Below, in pieces: positions 52,930 to 64,000 of a stretch of DNA of 64,000 nt (within the stretch, counting starts at the first letter, position 1; every line of letters begins with the position of its first letter). The position numbers and the translations under genes were made by a program. Under the pieces are notes generated by a model. The model made no database searches, was not told the DNA's origin, and saw nothing but the letters and a program-made list of their open reading frames with translations. The stretch is from Isurus oxyrinchus (taxonomy: Eukaryota): the NCBI GenBank assembly GCA_026770705.1, contig JANJGN010000041.1, positions 4,774,001-4,838,000 of the forward strand. Direction: 5' to 3'.

Positions 52930-53125
52930 CACATTCCATTCTGTTGTTCCCACATTGACTGCATTGTGGTAACATTCGAAACAATTGATCTCAGATGCAG
53001 ATTCAGTTTTCCAACAGTCAATTCGATTATTCTGATTCAAATGCATTCTGGAACATTTCATTCTGTTGTTCTCAGATTTAAAATTCATTGTTGTACCATC
53101 CTAATCTATTGTTCTCAGATTCAGA
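52930..53125. repeat. Short degenerate tandem repeat, period ~40 bp
   Basis: Recurrent acatt(c/t)cattctgttgttctcagatt...cattgt, about 4-5 copies. Confidence 0.6.
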
Positions 53126-53214
53126 ACTGTGTAGGCAAACTGGGTCAATGTTGCTAGAAAATGGAAGTCCAACGGTAAAATGGAGTCTCTTTGATTGCCG
53201 CAGCATCAGGCCTG

Positions 53215-53286
53215 TTTTCCTTAGTATAGTGGTGAATATCCCCACCTTCCACACGGGTCATCGCGATTCTTTTCACCAATAGGGAG
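53215..53286 (+). pseudogene. tRNA-Asp-derived pseudogene (heavily mutated)
   Basis: TTAGTATAGTGGTGAATATCCCC matches the vertebrate tRNA-Asp(GTC) 5' half; 72-nt span; anticodon and B box eroded. Confidence 0.75.
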
Positions 53287-54689
53287 AAAAGTCATTATTT
53301 GAATTGTGCGCTGTGGAATATGTGGTCATGCTTCTAATTAGCAAAACGGTTTTCATCTCCCCATGATGATTTACCTAAAGAGCAGTTCCTCATCAATTGG
53401 GACAGAAGGCAGATTCGCAAGTATACATTGCGTGTAAAGCTTTTGGAAAGATCTGGATATCAAAATCCCCTGTGGGTAACGGCACTTCAATCCATCATGT
53501 TGCCTGCTGCCATCTTGGAGACATCGCAATGTTTACACAAAATTACGCATCCCAATGATTATCCAGGGCACTTCATTCAGAAAAAAAAACATGCTTTTGA
53601 ATCGACAATGGTGAAAGTCATACCAGACTTTACGATAACCGATTAGGTAAACATAATTCACATCCAGACCACGATTGAGCATCCGGGGCGAACTGACGAC
53701 AACCTGCTCCAGGTAATATCACAGCTCCACGTCACCCATAACCGAAGCCGTTGAAGCCTGAAGTAAGGTTGCTATGGCCAGAGTGCCAACTGAAATGTAC
53801 TCAATGTATTTTTTCTAAGCACCAAACTGACAAACTCAGAAAAGAAAGAGCATTTGAAATCATGAAAATGTCCATTACGCATTCCACACTTTAACACAAT
53901 TCTTGAATTTGGACATTACTTGTGTTATGTGATCACTTCCCTTCAGCATATATAAATTCAAGCCAAAAGAAATAACAACCTTGCATGCAGTCGTCTCAAA
54001 AGACCAAGATAATCTTGCGTGAAAACAAAGTTTCGCCAAGAATCCCCTGGTTCTGTCAGCAACACATCAAATTTTTGCCGCCTGGTAACTCACTGCACTT
54101 CAACTAAACCTCTGACTGCCAAAGGAGTCTGTATTTTGAACCACACACAATAAACACTTCAGAACACACGGTGCTTAAAAGTGAGATAAACTATTCGATT
54201 TCAGCTTTGCATGCAGCCCGAGTTATGCATGGCTTGTTTCTCACACCTAACAGGTTCTCTGCCAACTGAGATACGCAGGTGACAAAAATGTCCACTGGGC
54301 GAGAAAACCAGTTATTTTAATAGACACCTAAATTATTTGAAAAAGTCAGCAGACCTGAAAAAAATCTGTGGAAAGTAAGTCTCTGTTTACTTTACGAGTC
54401 TGTGTGGCACTTCCGAAAAACGGTAATTTTTAAACTATGTTTGGACGTATTTGTATATATTGCTCTACGCAGGCTATCCTCACCACAATACTCCACTCCT
54501 CTTTAGGCAGTTAACATTCAGTCTGAAATGAAAACAGCCTTGTGGATATCCTATCCAGTCGCCTCATAAACGAATAAATCAAAACACGCTCTCCCCATGT
54601 AGCCTCTGCTCCTCTGACCTCAACTCCCTCCGCTGGTCCTCACTTCTGCATCGACAGCGTTCCAGAAATTGTGTGATTTTTAACCCTTC

Positions 54690-55220
54690 GATAGAACACC
54701 TTATTTTATTTCTGTGCTGAAAGCTGATCATGAGTTTTCAAGCTTTTTGTTATCCACTTTTCATGGCGCCCCTTGCGTACATGGATCCTTTTGCTGCACT
54801 AATGCTTTATCTCTGAAGATGGACCAAGAAGGACAGAAAATAGAGAGAGCCAAAACCCACGATTTGGAAACGTTGCTTCTGTCAATATTGTTTATGTTGC
54901 TGAATATAAAAGAAGAAATTAGCGTCTTTCTATAACGTTTACATGTCATGTTTTGCATCTGACACATTGACATGGTTTTTGGGGATAATGGAAATAGAGC
55001 AGGGTTTTGTCACTGCAGCAGAAAAGCATCTGTAGCATATGGCCGACTTGAATTCCTTGCGAATTCTTTGCGAGAGTTTGAGAGTGAAAAAACTGAGTGA
55101 AATAACTGAGGAAGGAGCAGCTTTGCTGCAGCACAACGGACAAAACCGATGCCTTGCATCGATTTTTAAGAAAGAATATTTATCCCGTATAAACCGATGG
55201 AAGGTAAGTTTCTGCATTGA
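54690..55220 (-). pseudogene. V1R/ORA-like chemoreceptor pseudogene fragment (TM2 to TM6)
   Basis: Joined frames: CRNLPSIGLYG..RCK..SVISLSFFHSQTLAK (cf. TLxLSxFHxxTL), NPALF, two-Cys loop, EATFP..LSFLVHLQR*S, SG*QKA*KLMI (cf. ERKAxxVI). Multiple frameshifts. Confidence 0.5.
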
Positions 55221-55311
55221 GCAGGCAAAGTGTGTAGCTATTGCTGCAAAATGAAAATCTCACCGCAAACTGGAACCTCAATGGCTTCCTGGGAAAGCAG
55301 AAGCAGGCCCC

Positions 55312-55383
55312 TCCTAGTTCGTATACTGGTGAGTATCCCCGCCTGTCACGCAGGAGACTGGGGTTTAAATTCCCGACGGGGAG
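55312..55383 (+). tRNA. tRNA-Asp(GTC), probable pseudogene
   Basis: 63/72 match by eye to the vertebrate tRNA-Asp(GTC) consensus; anticodon loop CTGTCAC intact; T-loop/B box GTTCGA changed to GTTTAA. Confidence 0.9.
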
Positions 55384-56419
55384 ACAAGTCCACGATCATA
55401 TATTGCGAGGTCGAAAGCGCGCTCACGCTTTTGATTCGCAAACTGGTTTTAATTTCCACAATGTGACTGACAGAATGGGTATCTACAGGAGAGAAGGCAG
55501 ATTTGCAAAAATCTAAAATGACCATATTTTCTGGACAGAAGAGTTTATCAAAATCACTTGTGATCAACGGCGCTTTCCACCATCATTCTGTATTCTTACA
55601 TCTTGTAAGCGTCGAAACGTTTACCCAAAATAACACATTTCCATTTGTGTCCACTGCTTATTTTGCCTGGGTTCCAGGTGCTTGTGCAGCACATCAATGC
55701 CGATGGAGTATTGAGTGCAAGGTTTATATCCGGAGGTTAGTACATCTCTCATTACTCAAACGTATGAAGCATTAAAAGAGACAGGAGGAGGCAATTCAGC
55801 CCATGGAAGCTGCACTGCTTTTCAGTTGGAATGTAGCTGATATGTGGTGGAACTCCATCAATGCTCATTGGCTCTATGTACTTAAACAGTTTCCAAAGTG
55901 AAAGCTACCAAATGGAGTTTTTAAAATGATTCATTTGTTTTCTAAATTAACCTGGAACCACGATGCAGTTAATCCTGGTCTCCTCGTACTACCCATCTCC
56001 CTGTAGTCACTTACTGATATACTGCATCATTCATGTACAATGTTTCCAAATCCCTAGATCTGCTCATCACCTCCTTATCTCTGAAATCACCTCCTGCCCA
56101 GTACTTAATTCAGGTATTAATAGTTCTCGAATTCATACATCATTTGCTTTCCTTGGCAGCAATGCATTCTGCTGCTGGAGCCTCGAGCTCCTGTATTCCC
56201 TCTGTTAGCCTCTCCACCTCGCTCTTCCCATTTTAGATATTCCATAAAATAAAATGTTCTCATGTGAACTTCAGGTCGACTATTCTTAATACGTTTAGGG
56301 GTGGCTTTTGGTAATTTATCCCAATCTCAGACTTCTGTATGGTTCCTTGGAGCATTTCTTCACTCACCTGGAGCGCCAAAGGTTTCAACCTGCTAATTGG
56401 GCAGTGCAGACGCCTCCGT

Positions 56420-57135
56420 TCATCTCAGTTTGACACGATTGGAGCACTCTGAATATGGCTGGTCCCATATCCCTCACTTCTAACACAGTCTGGGGACCGT
56501 GTGCAGTGCTGATGTCTGTATCCCTCTGCAAGAGCACCCTTGGAGAACAGTGCACAGTTCTGGTCTCCATATCCTCGGTTAGATAACATTTGTAGCGCTG
56601 TGCACAGTTCTGGTTTCCATATCACTCGGTTAGACCACACTTGGAGCGCTGAGGACAGTTCTGGTCTCAATATTCCTCGGTTAGATAACATTTGGAGCGC
56701 TGTGCACAGTAATGGTCTCCATATCCCTCGGCTAGACCGCACTTGGAGCGTTGTGCACCGATCCGGTCTCCATATCCATTGGTTAGTCGAAGCATGGAGC
56801 ACTGCGCACAGTTCTGGTCTCATATGTGTTGGTTAGGCCACACTTGGAGTATTGTGAACAGTCCTGGTCACCATACCACTCGATTAGACCACGCCTGGAG
56901 CACAGTACACAGTTCGAGTGTCCATATCCCTCAGTTAGAATACATAAGGAGCACTGTGCACGCTTGTGGCCTCCATTAGCCTCGGTTCAGTTGGACCGCA
57001 TGCAGAGCACTGGAAGCAGCGCTGGTCTCAATATCTCATGTTTAGACAGTACATGGAGCACTGAACACAGCACTGATATTCCTATCGAGATGTTAGATCA
57101 CACTAGGTACACTGTGCGCAGCATTTGGCTCCAAG
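56420..57135 (+). repeat. 51-bp CR1-derived minisatellite, ~14 copies (array 2, opposite orientation to arrays 1 and 3)
   Basis: Unit CCCTCGGTTAGACCACACTTGGAGCACTGTGCACAGTTCTGGTCTCCATAT; translates LVRPHLEYCEQSWSPY at 56829. Confidence 0.92.
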
Positions 57136-57949
57136 TGCCGCTATGCTATCATCAAGGTCCATAGATGAGCTCTCAGTATGCACCAGCAATCAAAAGTGCG
57201 CCACACAATTCCATGGATCAATAAATCCCTTTGCAGGTATGATCTTGTGATTTTGGGACAGTGGAAGGACCTGTAATATGGGAGGATTCAATGAAGAGGA
57301 GACTTTGATGCCTTGGGAATGCCGATTCGTTTTTAAGTGCTGTGGGGCTGCATGAGGTAGAGAAAGTTGAATAAGTTCCATTGTGAGGCTAACTTGAGGA
57401 TTTGGCTGAGACTGACTCTAATACATATAATTCAGGCTATGATACTTGTTTAGATCCAAAGATTCGTGGCTTTCTCAATCATGTGAAGAAACTGTCTGTT
57501 TCGATCACTGCCTCTTTTCCCCGTGTCTCATTTCTCACTCGGATTGGCGTGTCAACATATCGACAGGGAGGGAGGAGAGGTAAGGAAATTGTAGGGGCGA
57601 ACTGGCATCTTCAAATGCCAATGTCAACATGCGTGTAGAAAATGCCAGTGTGTCATTAGCATCTTATAGCTCTTGAAAAGTCATGCTATCAGAATCAGAA
57701 CTTCACTAAATGCCAAAGATTCGCCAACCATATTCTTTGGTTTGTCATGGCCCAATGACAGGAGCAAGGTACAATGCTTCTTGGCACAGGGGCATATAAG
57801 AAGTCCGAGCTTGCACTTGCAATGCTTGCTCAGCATTGACTCCAGGCACTGTCTTGTCACAAGGCTTGAGGGCAAACAGGGCAATGGGAAACTCCTGCTG
57901 ACTCCAAGCTGCCTCTCTCCCGTAACTGATTCAATCTCTAATACTCCAT

Positions 57950-58500
57950 TTTAAACACCACATCGAAAAGCAATGAGCATAACAAAGAAACATAATGTTT
58001 TCTGCTGTGGGACCAGCATGTTCATCACCCAGAGTGGCTCAGGGTCACCGTTACAGACCCATGTGGCAAAGCCATGTGGGGTAGAATAGGACTGAAGCAG
58101 GTGAACCAACAGGAAGGAAAATTCTTCTTGGCCTCAGCATCACCAATCCACCTGCTGCAGAAGCATCTCTCGCTGACGGTGTTGCTATGAATGACCACCG
58201 CAAAGCCCTACTGACAACAGCCCTCTTTTTTTCAAACTGAGGACGCACTCCTTTGTGTTTTGTGACAAGCATTCCTTTCAACGGGGTAGTTTCAAAAGAG
58301 ATCACACAGCACAACTCGCAACATCCATGAGGTGCCATGGGCCATCAGCAGTAGCAGAATTAAATTCAGGCACAATCTGCAAGACTATGGCCCGATATGC
58401 TCCTCACCCTTCCACGACCATTACCGTTAAACAAAGAGAAAAGGCATGGTTCTCGGGCAATGCAATGAGAATTTCTGATTTTACTACAACAATCTAGCCT
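57950..58500 (+). mobile_element. CR1-group LINE endonuclease fragment
   Basis: HVHHPEWL near 58016-58040 (GDFNVHHxEWL block) and EPTGRKILLGL..DH. Confidence 0.6.
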
Positions 58501-59438
58501 TAAATTATGCCCGTTCCTTGCAATTCTATACCGCAGTCTACCCTTCTAGCCAACTGGTATTCAGTTCTGGCATCTGTTGTATGACAATTCTACACTCTCC
58601 AGAGCCCAAGAGCAAAATGTTTCCCAATTACAAACTCAGTCTAAGTGTGCATGAGATGATGTAATGATGAGCAGCAAGCAAACCTGAGGATCCAACCCTG
58701 TGGTCCGTCACCCCTTTGACGCATTGATCTACTTGCTCAGGCTGAAGTTACTAATGGCGCTTCATTTCAGCTGAGAAATATAAGATCTCAATTCCTACAC
58801 ACATTTTCTTATGTTGACCTAGAGTTGGCAGCTCTACAAATGGTAATGTGCTGTAACGTAACTTTAATGAGACAAGGCAGCACAGAATGGAAATGAGGTT
58901 GTTTTGGGAAAACATTTGTTCCTGGGATCCGGAGATTCTAGCGTTATCAGTCACCAGACCCCAACCTGGATGCCGATTGTCTGGAATGGTGGACTGAGGG
59001 CTTGAATCGTAAGGGATGGGCAGAAGTTAATTCTAGATTGTTGTTGGAGCGTCAGAGTCTGTCGCCAAACTGGTCGAGAATTGTAAACTATGTACTATGT
59101 ACGGGTGTATATTGTAGGGATGCACTCATACCATTGCTTGAGAATCGCAAAAAAAGTTGCTAAGCGAAGGCAACACATTCTTGCCTTTCTAGTGAAGATT
59201 ACATATAGCCTGACAGAATTTTAAAAATCAGACATATAAAAGAGCTAGAATAAGCAACATAACGGAAGTGGAGAAAATTTCGGGACGTTAGGATGGCAAA
59301 TCCCCAGGGTCAGATAGTTTCCATGCCAGCAATTGAAGGTAAAAGCTGAGAAATTGCGGATGTTCGGTCTTTACTATCTCGCAGTTCCATTCATCTCAGA
59401 ATTATTCATTCAGGCTGGCTAACTCTTTAAGGCACTCT

Positions 59439-59654
59439 NNNNNNNNNNNNNNNNNNNNNNNNNNNNNNNNNNNNNNNNNNNNNNNNNNNNNNNNNNNNNN
59501 NNNNNNNNNNNNNNNNNNNNNNNNNNNNNNNNNNNNNNNNNNNNNNNNNNNNNNNNNNNNNNNNNNNNNNNNNNNNNNNNNNNNNNNNNNNNNNNNNNNN
59601 NNNNNNNNNNNNNNNNNNNNNNNNNNNNNNNNNNNNNNNNNNNNNNNNNNNNNN
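59439..59654. other. Assembly gap (216 N)
   Basis: Run of N. Confidence 1.
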
Positions 59655-59963
59655 GCAGTCAAGTTACCCTAATGTGACTTGTCAGGCGTCGAAGGAATGC
59701 AGGATAGGCTTACCAGAAATGAGACCCGGGCTAGAAGGGAAAATAGAATGGGAGAAATCGCACAAATCCTGCTTGTGCTTCGTGGAATTCGGAATGTTCC
59801 TGATTAGTTGGGTTGAAATATTCAATGTGTTAAGGGGAACAGATGAGGCTGGAAAACAGAAAATATTTTCAATGGTGGAGGAGACTCACGCGAAGGGACT
59901 GCGTCTAAAATGTCAAGTCAGACTGTTCTCTGCAACATTTAGGGAACATTGCTACATACATAG

Positions 59964-60118
59964 ATAAAAACAAAGAAAACTGCCGATGCTGGAAATCCAA
60001 ATCAAAAACAGAATTACCTGGAAAATCTCAGCAGGTCTGGCAGCATCGGCGGAGAAGAAAAGAGTTGACGTTTCGAGTCCTCATGACCCTTCGACAGAAC
60101 TTGAGTTCTGCTCTTGTT
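59964..60118 (-). mobile_element. Solo Penelope-like pLTR insertion (155 bp) with 15-bp TSD, inside a CR1 fragment
   Basis: TTGCTACATACATAG at 59949-59963 and 60119-60133; the body is nearly identical to 42741-42878. Confidence 0.92.
60063..60101 (-). ncRNA. Minimal type I hammerhead-ribozyme fold (variant core), copy 3
   Basis: Identical to copy 2 over the 39 nt. Confidence 0.7.
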
Positions 60119-61429
60119 TTGCTACATACATAGGCAGGACACAACGCTAACCCCCTGCTTAAGGAAGAAAAAGATGCGAGATCTATTGCTAAAAATTAAC
60201 TGTCTCAGGTCCACACAATGGTCACAACATGGATTCAGATCACACATTTTTCACAACTTTGTGGAATTCCAGCCTGCGCATTTTTCACACAGGTGGCTGG
60301 GAAGCAGCTGGAGCCCTGTTCTGGGGCGAATCCTTCCTGCCAAATCCTGGCGCCCATGTTCAAGTCTGTCAGACAGGACGGATACTCGTGACCGGTCAGT
60401 TCTGTGATCGAAGCAAGTTTTTACCAGGCTGATAAGCAGCCCGAGACGAGCACGACGTTTTGCAAGGATGGCCAGAATGGTGTCCAAAATTGGTGCAGGT
60501 ACAAGCCAACAAACATTCTGCCCTCTTCCATCTCCTTCGACAATCCATTCTTGGATTGTGTGTCCCACTTGCGAGGCCACCATTTATTGACCATTCCTAA
60601 CAGCCCATGAGAATTTCCTGGCGGTCTACTCCCCTGTGCCGCTACAACCCATGTGTTGCCTGTGCACCCGCAGACAGTTGGAGAGTGCGGTTTGCGCCGT
60701 GACATGAGGTTACAGATTGGGCTTGCGCTCAATCCTGCCTCTGCGGCAGCTGGCCCTCAGAGCATCATGGATGCCCACTGCTGCGCTGCCCGACACGTTT
60801 GGGAGTGACACACAACACCATGGAAGGTGCCCTGAGAGTGAAGACTGGACTTTTCCCCTAAAAGACTTGGTTCCGATCAGTCCAGCTGATACCTGTCATG
60901 GACAAATTAATCTGCTCAAAGTTAGATTAGCGAGGACCGGGCCAAGCATGTTTCGCTCCTCGTGTTGGTTCTCTCACCACCTGCTACTGCAAAATGGAAG
61001 TCGAGAAAAATAGAAGGTTTTGGCTGCTGCCTGCTCACAGAGGCTTGGAAAGGCAGATGCTCTCGCACAAACACATGCTAAAGCTAGAAACAGGAGGCTA
61101 GATGTTGAAGATGTTGCTCTTCATCACGTTTTGAAGATTGTTGCCATGCTGAAACAGCCTAGAAAGGGATAAGTAGCCGGGCCCAAGCCAAGGAACGCCC
61201 CCAAGAATCGAATGGAGTGGAACAGGTGAAAGTCCCAAGCAGGCTTTTGAGTTCATTGAAGGACAGGGACCTTCCTTTCCTTCCAGCCTAACTGATAGAT
61301 CCTTCAATACACAGCCAAGACAGTAAGCAATGATGCTGCTGAGTCATTGTTACTCCTTGGCACTGACCACCCCACAAACCCAGAGTACACCCAGTGCCAT
61401 CTTTTCAATCCCAGCTGATGTTACCCCTG

Positions 61430-61800
61430 GATAAGCGTGATCCCAGTCTGAAACTGAAATTGATAGACACTAACTTTTACTTGTTTGTTTAGATACGTGG
61501 AAAGGACTATTGAAGAGTCGCTGGAGACAGCTGATGTGCTTTTAACAAAATAGCAAATCTTTTATTAGGGAAGAAACGTTGAACTATATTACAATATTTA
61601 TTTACCCAGGACAATACCTTTACAGATATATAAAGGTTTGTCAGGATAGCACATGTTACAAAAGCTATCTTACACTCTAGTACTCACTGTAAGCACAAAG
61701 TCCGATAGGCACCCTGCAGTCAGATAGACAACACTCTAAAAACACGTTACAGCTGTTACTTCAACCAGATGCAATGACTCTTTCTCTAACTCCCCCAACA
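61430..61800 (-). mobile_element. Possible solo LTR fragment
   Basis: Reverse AATAAA near 61561 in LTR-like context; boundaries unclear. Confidence 0.3.
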
Positions 61801-62399
61801 CCCTTATCGCCCTGTGAGCCAACTGGGCTCATTGATCCCCCTCCGTTTTCATCTATTGGACATGCTCTGAATCTATCCAGTTTATCACAGAGGGAATACC
61901 AAACAACATAATGTCGTGTGTCCTGATGATTTACCTTCACAGGGGCTGGGCAGTGGTCACCCCTTCCCATGCCGCCTTGAGCAGAGGCAACTGCTGCGGG
62001 TAGATTTTTGAGGCCCGGTGAAGTGAAATTTCCCCCGCTTGTTGTTTCTCTCACCTTCTGTCGCAGGCCACGTCTGACAGGTATGTCCTTCAGGGGTCGA
62101 CAACTATGGTCAGGCGTGAAACTACCGAACCACTCTTGGTGACGCGCATTAAAGATCCACCGTTCCCCCTTCATAAAGAACACATCCTGTGTCCCCTTGT
62201 CTTCTGATGCTTCCCAATTGTTGATTGACATAGAGGAGAACAGATTGATCAGGCGAGCGAGGGAGGGTAGGAATCAGAATGCGGTGTCTTTGTCCCTTTT
62301 CAGTCCTCATTTCCTTTCCTGAGTTTTTTTTTATGCTGTTTCGACACGTCATAGATGCTGTTGGGAAGGTTGTGGGCTCAATTATTACTTTTTTAAACT

Positions 62400-62730
62400 A
62401 AGAAAGGGAGGCCAGCATTTATTGTCCAAGCCTAATTGCTCTTGTTCAGAGGCCATTTTATAGAGTCAGATACATTGCTGTGCACTTGGGTTCAATTGCA
62501 GACGAGACCGGCAGAGCTCCTTTCCTAAAGAGCATTAGTGAACCAAGTGGGCTTTTATGATAATTGGTACTAGTTCCATTGGTTATTGTTAGAATTGTTA
62601 CCTCCAGAAATTAATTGAACTGAAATTCCAACCTATGCCATGGCGGGATTCGAAACTGGGTCCTCAGAGTTTTACTCTGGGTCTCTGACTTACCAACTCA
62701 GTGTCAATACAACTATGCCACTTCCCCTTC
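62400..62730 (-). mobile_element. tRNA-head SINE with a CR1-group LINE-like 3' tail
   Basis: Minus strand A box TGGCATAGTTG (~62720) and B box GTTTCGAATCC (~62656). The tail gcaattag..caataaatgctggcc resembles LINE 3' ends in this window. Confidence 0.75.
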
Positions 62731-63345
62731 CGAAGGTCTATCAGCGGGCCTCTGATTTTGAGGGTCTGTCTGGCAGAACGTACACAGGGGTGGCAACGGG
62801 TGAACCTAGGGCATTAACCATAAGGAAAAAAGACTGTGTTGGTGAATGTTTGGATCTAAAGAAAGACAGTATGGCCCGGCCATGACATCTCCTCCCCTCA
62901 CTCCCTGTCGGTAGGTTGATAGACTGATCTGAGTGAGAAATGAGACACGGATAAGAAGCGGTGATCAACACAGCCAGTTTTATGCACATGATCCAGAAAG
63001 CATTTGATCATTGGCCTTTAGACCTAGAGAATGATGCAGAGCCTGAACGACAGAAATTCCTATTTGCTTCAGTCGGAGTCTCAGGCGGGTCTTGCAGTGG
63101 GACATCCTGCCTCCGGGTTACTCAAAGAGGTTGGCAGCTCCTGAACTTGAAGCGGAGGTTGCATTTCCTGTTGGCCCTGTACGCATCACAATGCTCACAT
63201 GGGAGTCTTCTACAAAACATTCAACCCCCGTCACACGGAACGATCGGGAATGGAAAACAGAAAGGAAGAGCTCATTAGTACCGTTGGTCAGAACCGCTGG
63301 GCACCCGCATGCACCTGAAACGGTTTTGGCTTAAAGTGCATACAT

Positions 63346-63925
63346 GGAGACCCGATATGTGAACAGTGGTCCATATGTGGTCTAACCGAGGCATATGGAG
63401 ACCAGAGCAGTGCACAGTGCTTCAACTGTCGTCTAACCGAGGGATATGGAGACTGAACTGCGCACAGTACTCCGATTGTGGTCTAACCGAGAGGTGTTGA
63501 GACCAAAACTCTGCACAGTGCTCAAAGTGTGGTCTATCTGTTGAGTATGGAAACCAGAACTATGTACACTGTCCGACTGTCGTCTAACTGAGGGATCTGG
63601 CGATCAAATATATGCTCAGTGCTTCGAGTGTGTTCCAATCGAGGGGTATGAAGTCCAGAAAAATGCAGAGTGCTCCATGTGTGGTCCAAACGAGGGATAC
63701 AGAGGGCAGAACTGTGCACAGCGCTCTAAGTATGATCTTACCGAGGGATATTGAGATCAGAACTTTGCAGAGTGTTCCGAATGCGCTCTCAATGAGGTTT
63801 ATGGAGACCAGAAATTTTCACAGTGTTTAACGTTCTCTCTAAATGAAAGGATTAAAGATGGGAATTGTGCACAATGCTCTATCTGTGGTCCAACCGTGGG
63901 ATATGGAGTCCTGAACAGTGCACAA
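63346..63925 (-). repeat. 51-bp CR1-derived minisatellite, ~11 copies (array 3)
   Basis: Same unit and orientation as array 1. Confidence 0.9.
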
Positions 63926-64000
63926 TCAGAATGATGTAGCTTATGCAACAACTTCATGAAATTTCAAGCGGTGCCTCAAGACAGCATGTTAGAAAAATGA

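Noticed and set aside
60240-61420. Possible Myb/SANT-like ORF relic of a Harbinger element
   Set aside because: Only one weak motif (NWCRYK); the overlapping ORFs have no coherent domain.

Overview
Eukaryotic, repeat-rich vertebrate DNA, not prokaryotic. The repeat families and the GPR139-like receptor type suggest a cartilaginous fish (inference). Most of the window is decayed transposable elements: many CR1-group LINE fragments, an RTE LINE, a Gypsy LTR element with integrase placed before RT (Gmr1-like), a hAT transposase relic and a tRNA-head SINE. Nearly all ORFs in the supplied track are spurious. The one near-intact gene is a two-coding-exon class A GPCR of the GPR139/GPR142-like type (30399-39682, +), frameshifted just before TM7. 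Most notable: (i) two young Penelope-like (PLE) insertions with perfect target-site duplications, carrying three copies of a minimal hammerhead-ribozyme fold with a shared non-canonical core (CUGUCGA); two copies bracket a 1095-nt RT-less, retrozyme-like unit; (ii) a decayed env-PPT-LTR segment whose product looks like an F-type class I fusion protein; (iii) three arrays of a 51-bp minisatellite derived from the CR1 ORF2 VRPHLEYCxQFWSP motif; (iv) relics of two gamma-crystallin-like genes, a V1R/ORA-like receptor and a duplicated tRNA-Asp. All family assignments come from motif recognition by eye; no searches were run, and coordinates of degraded elements are approximate.
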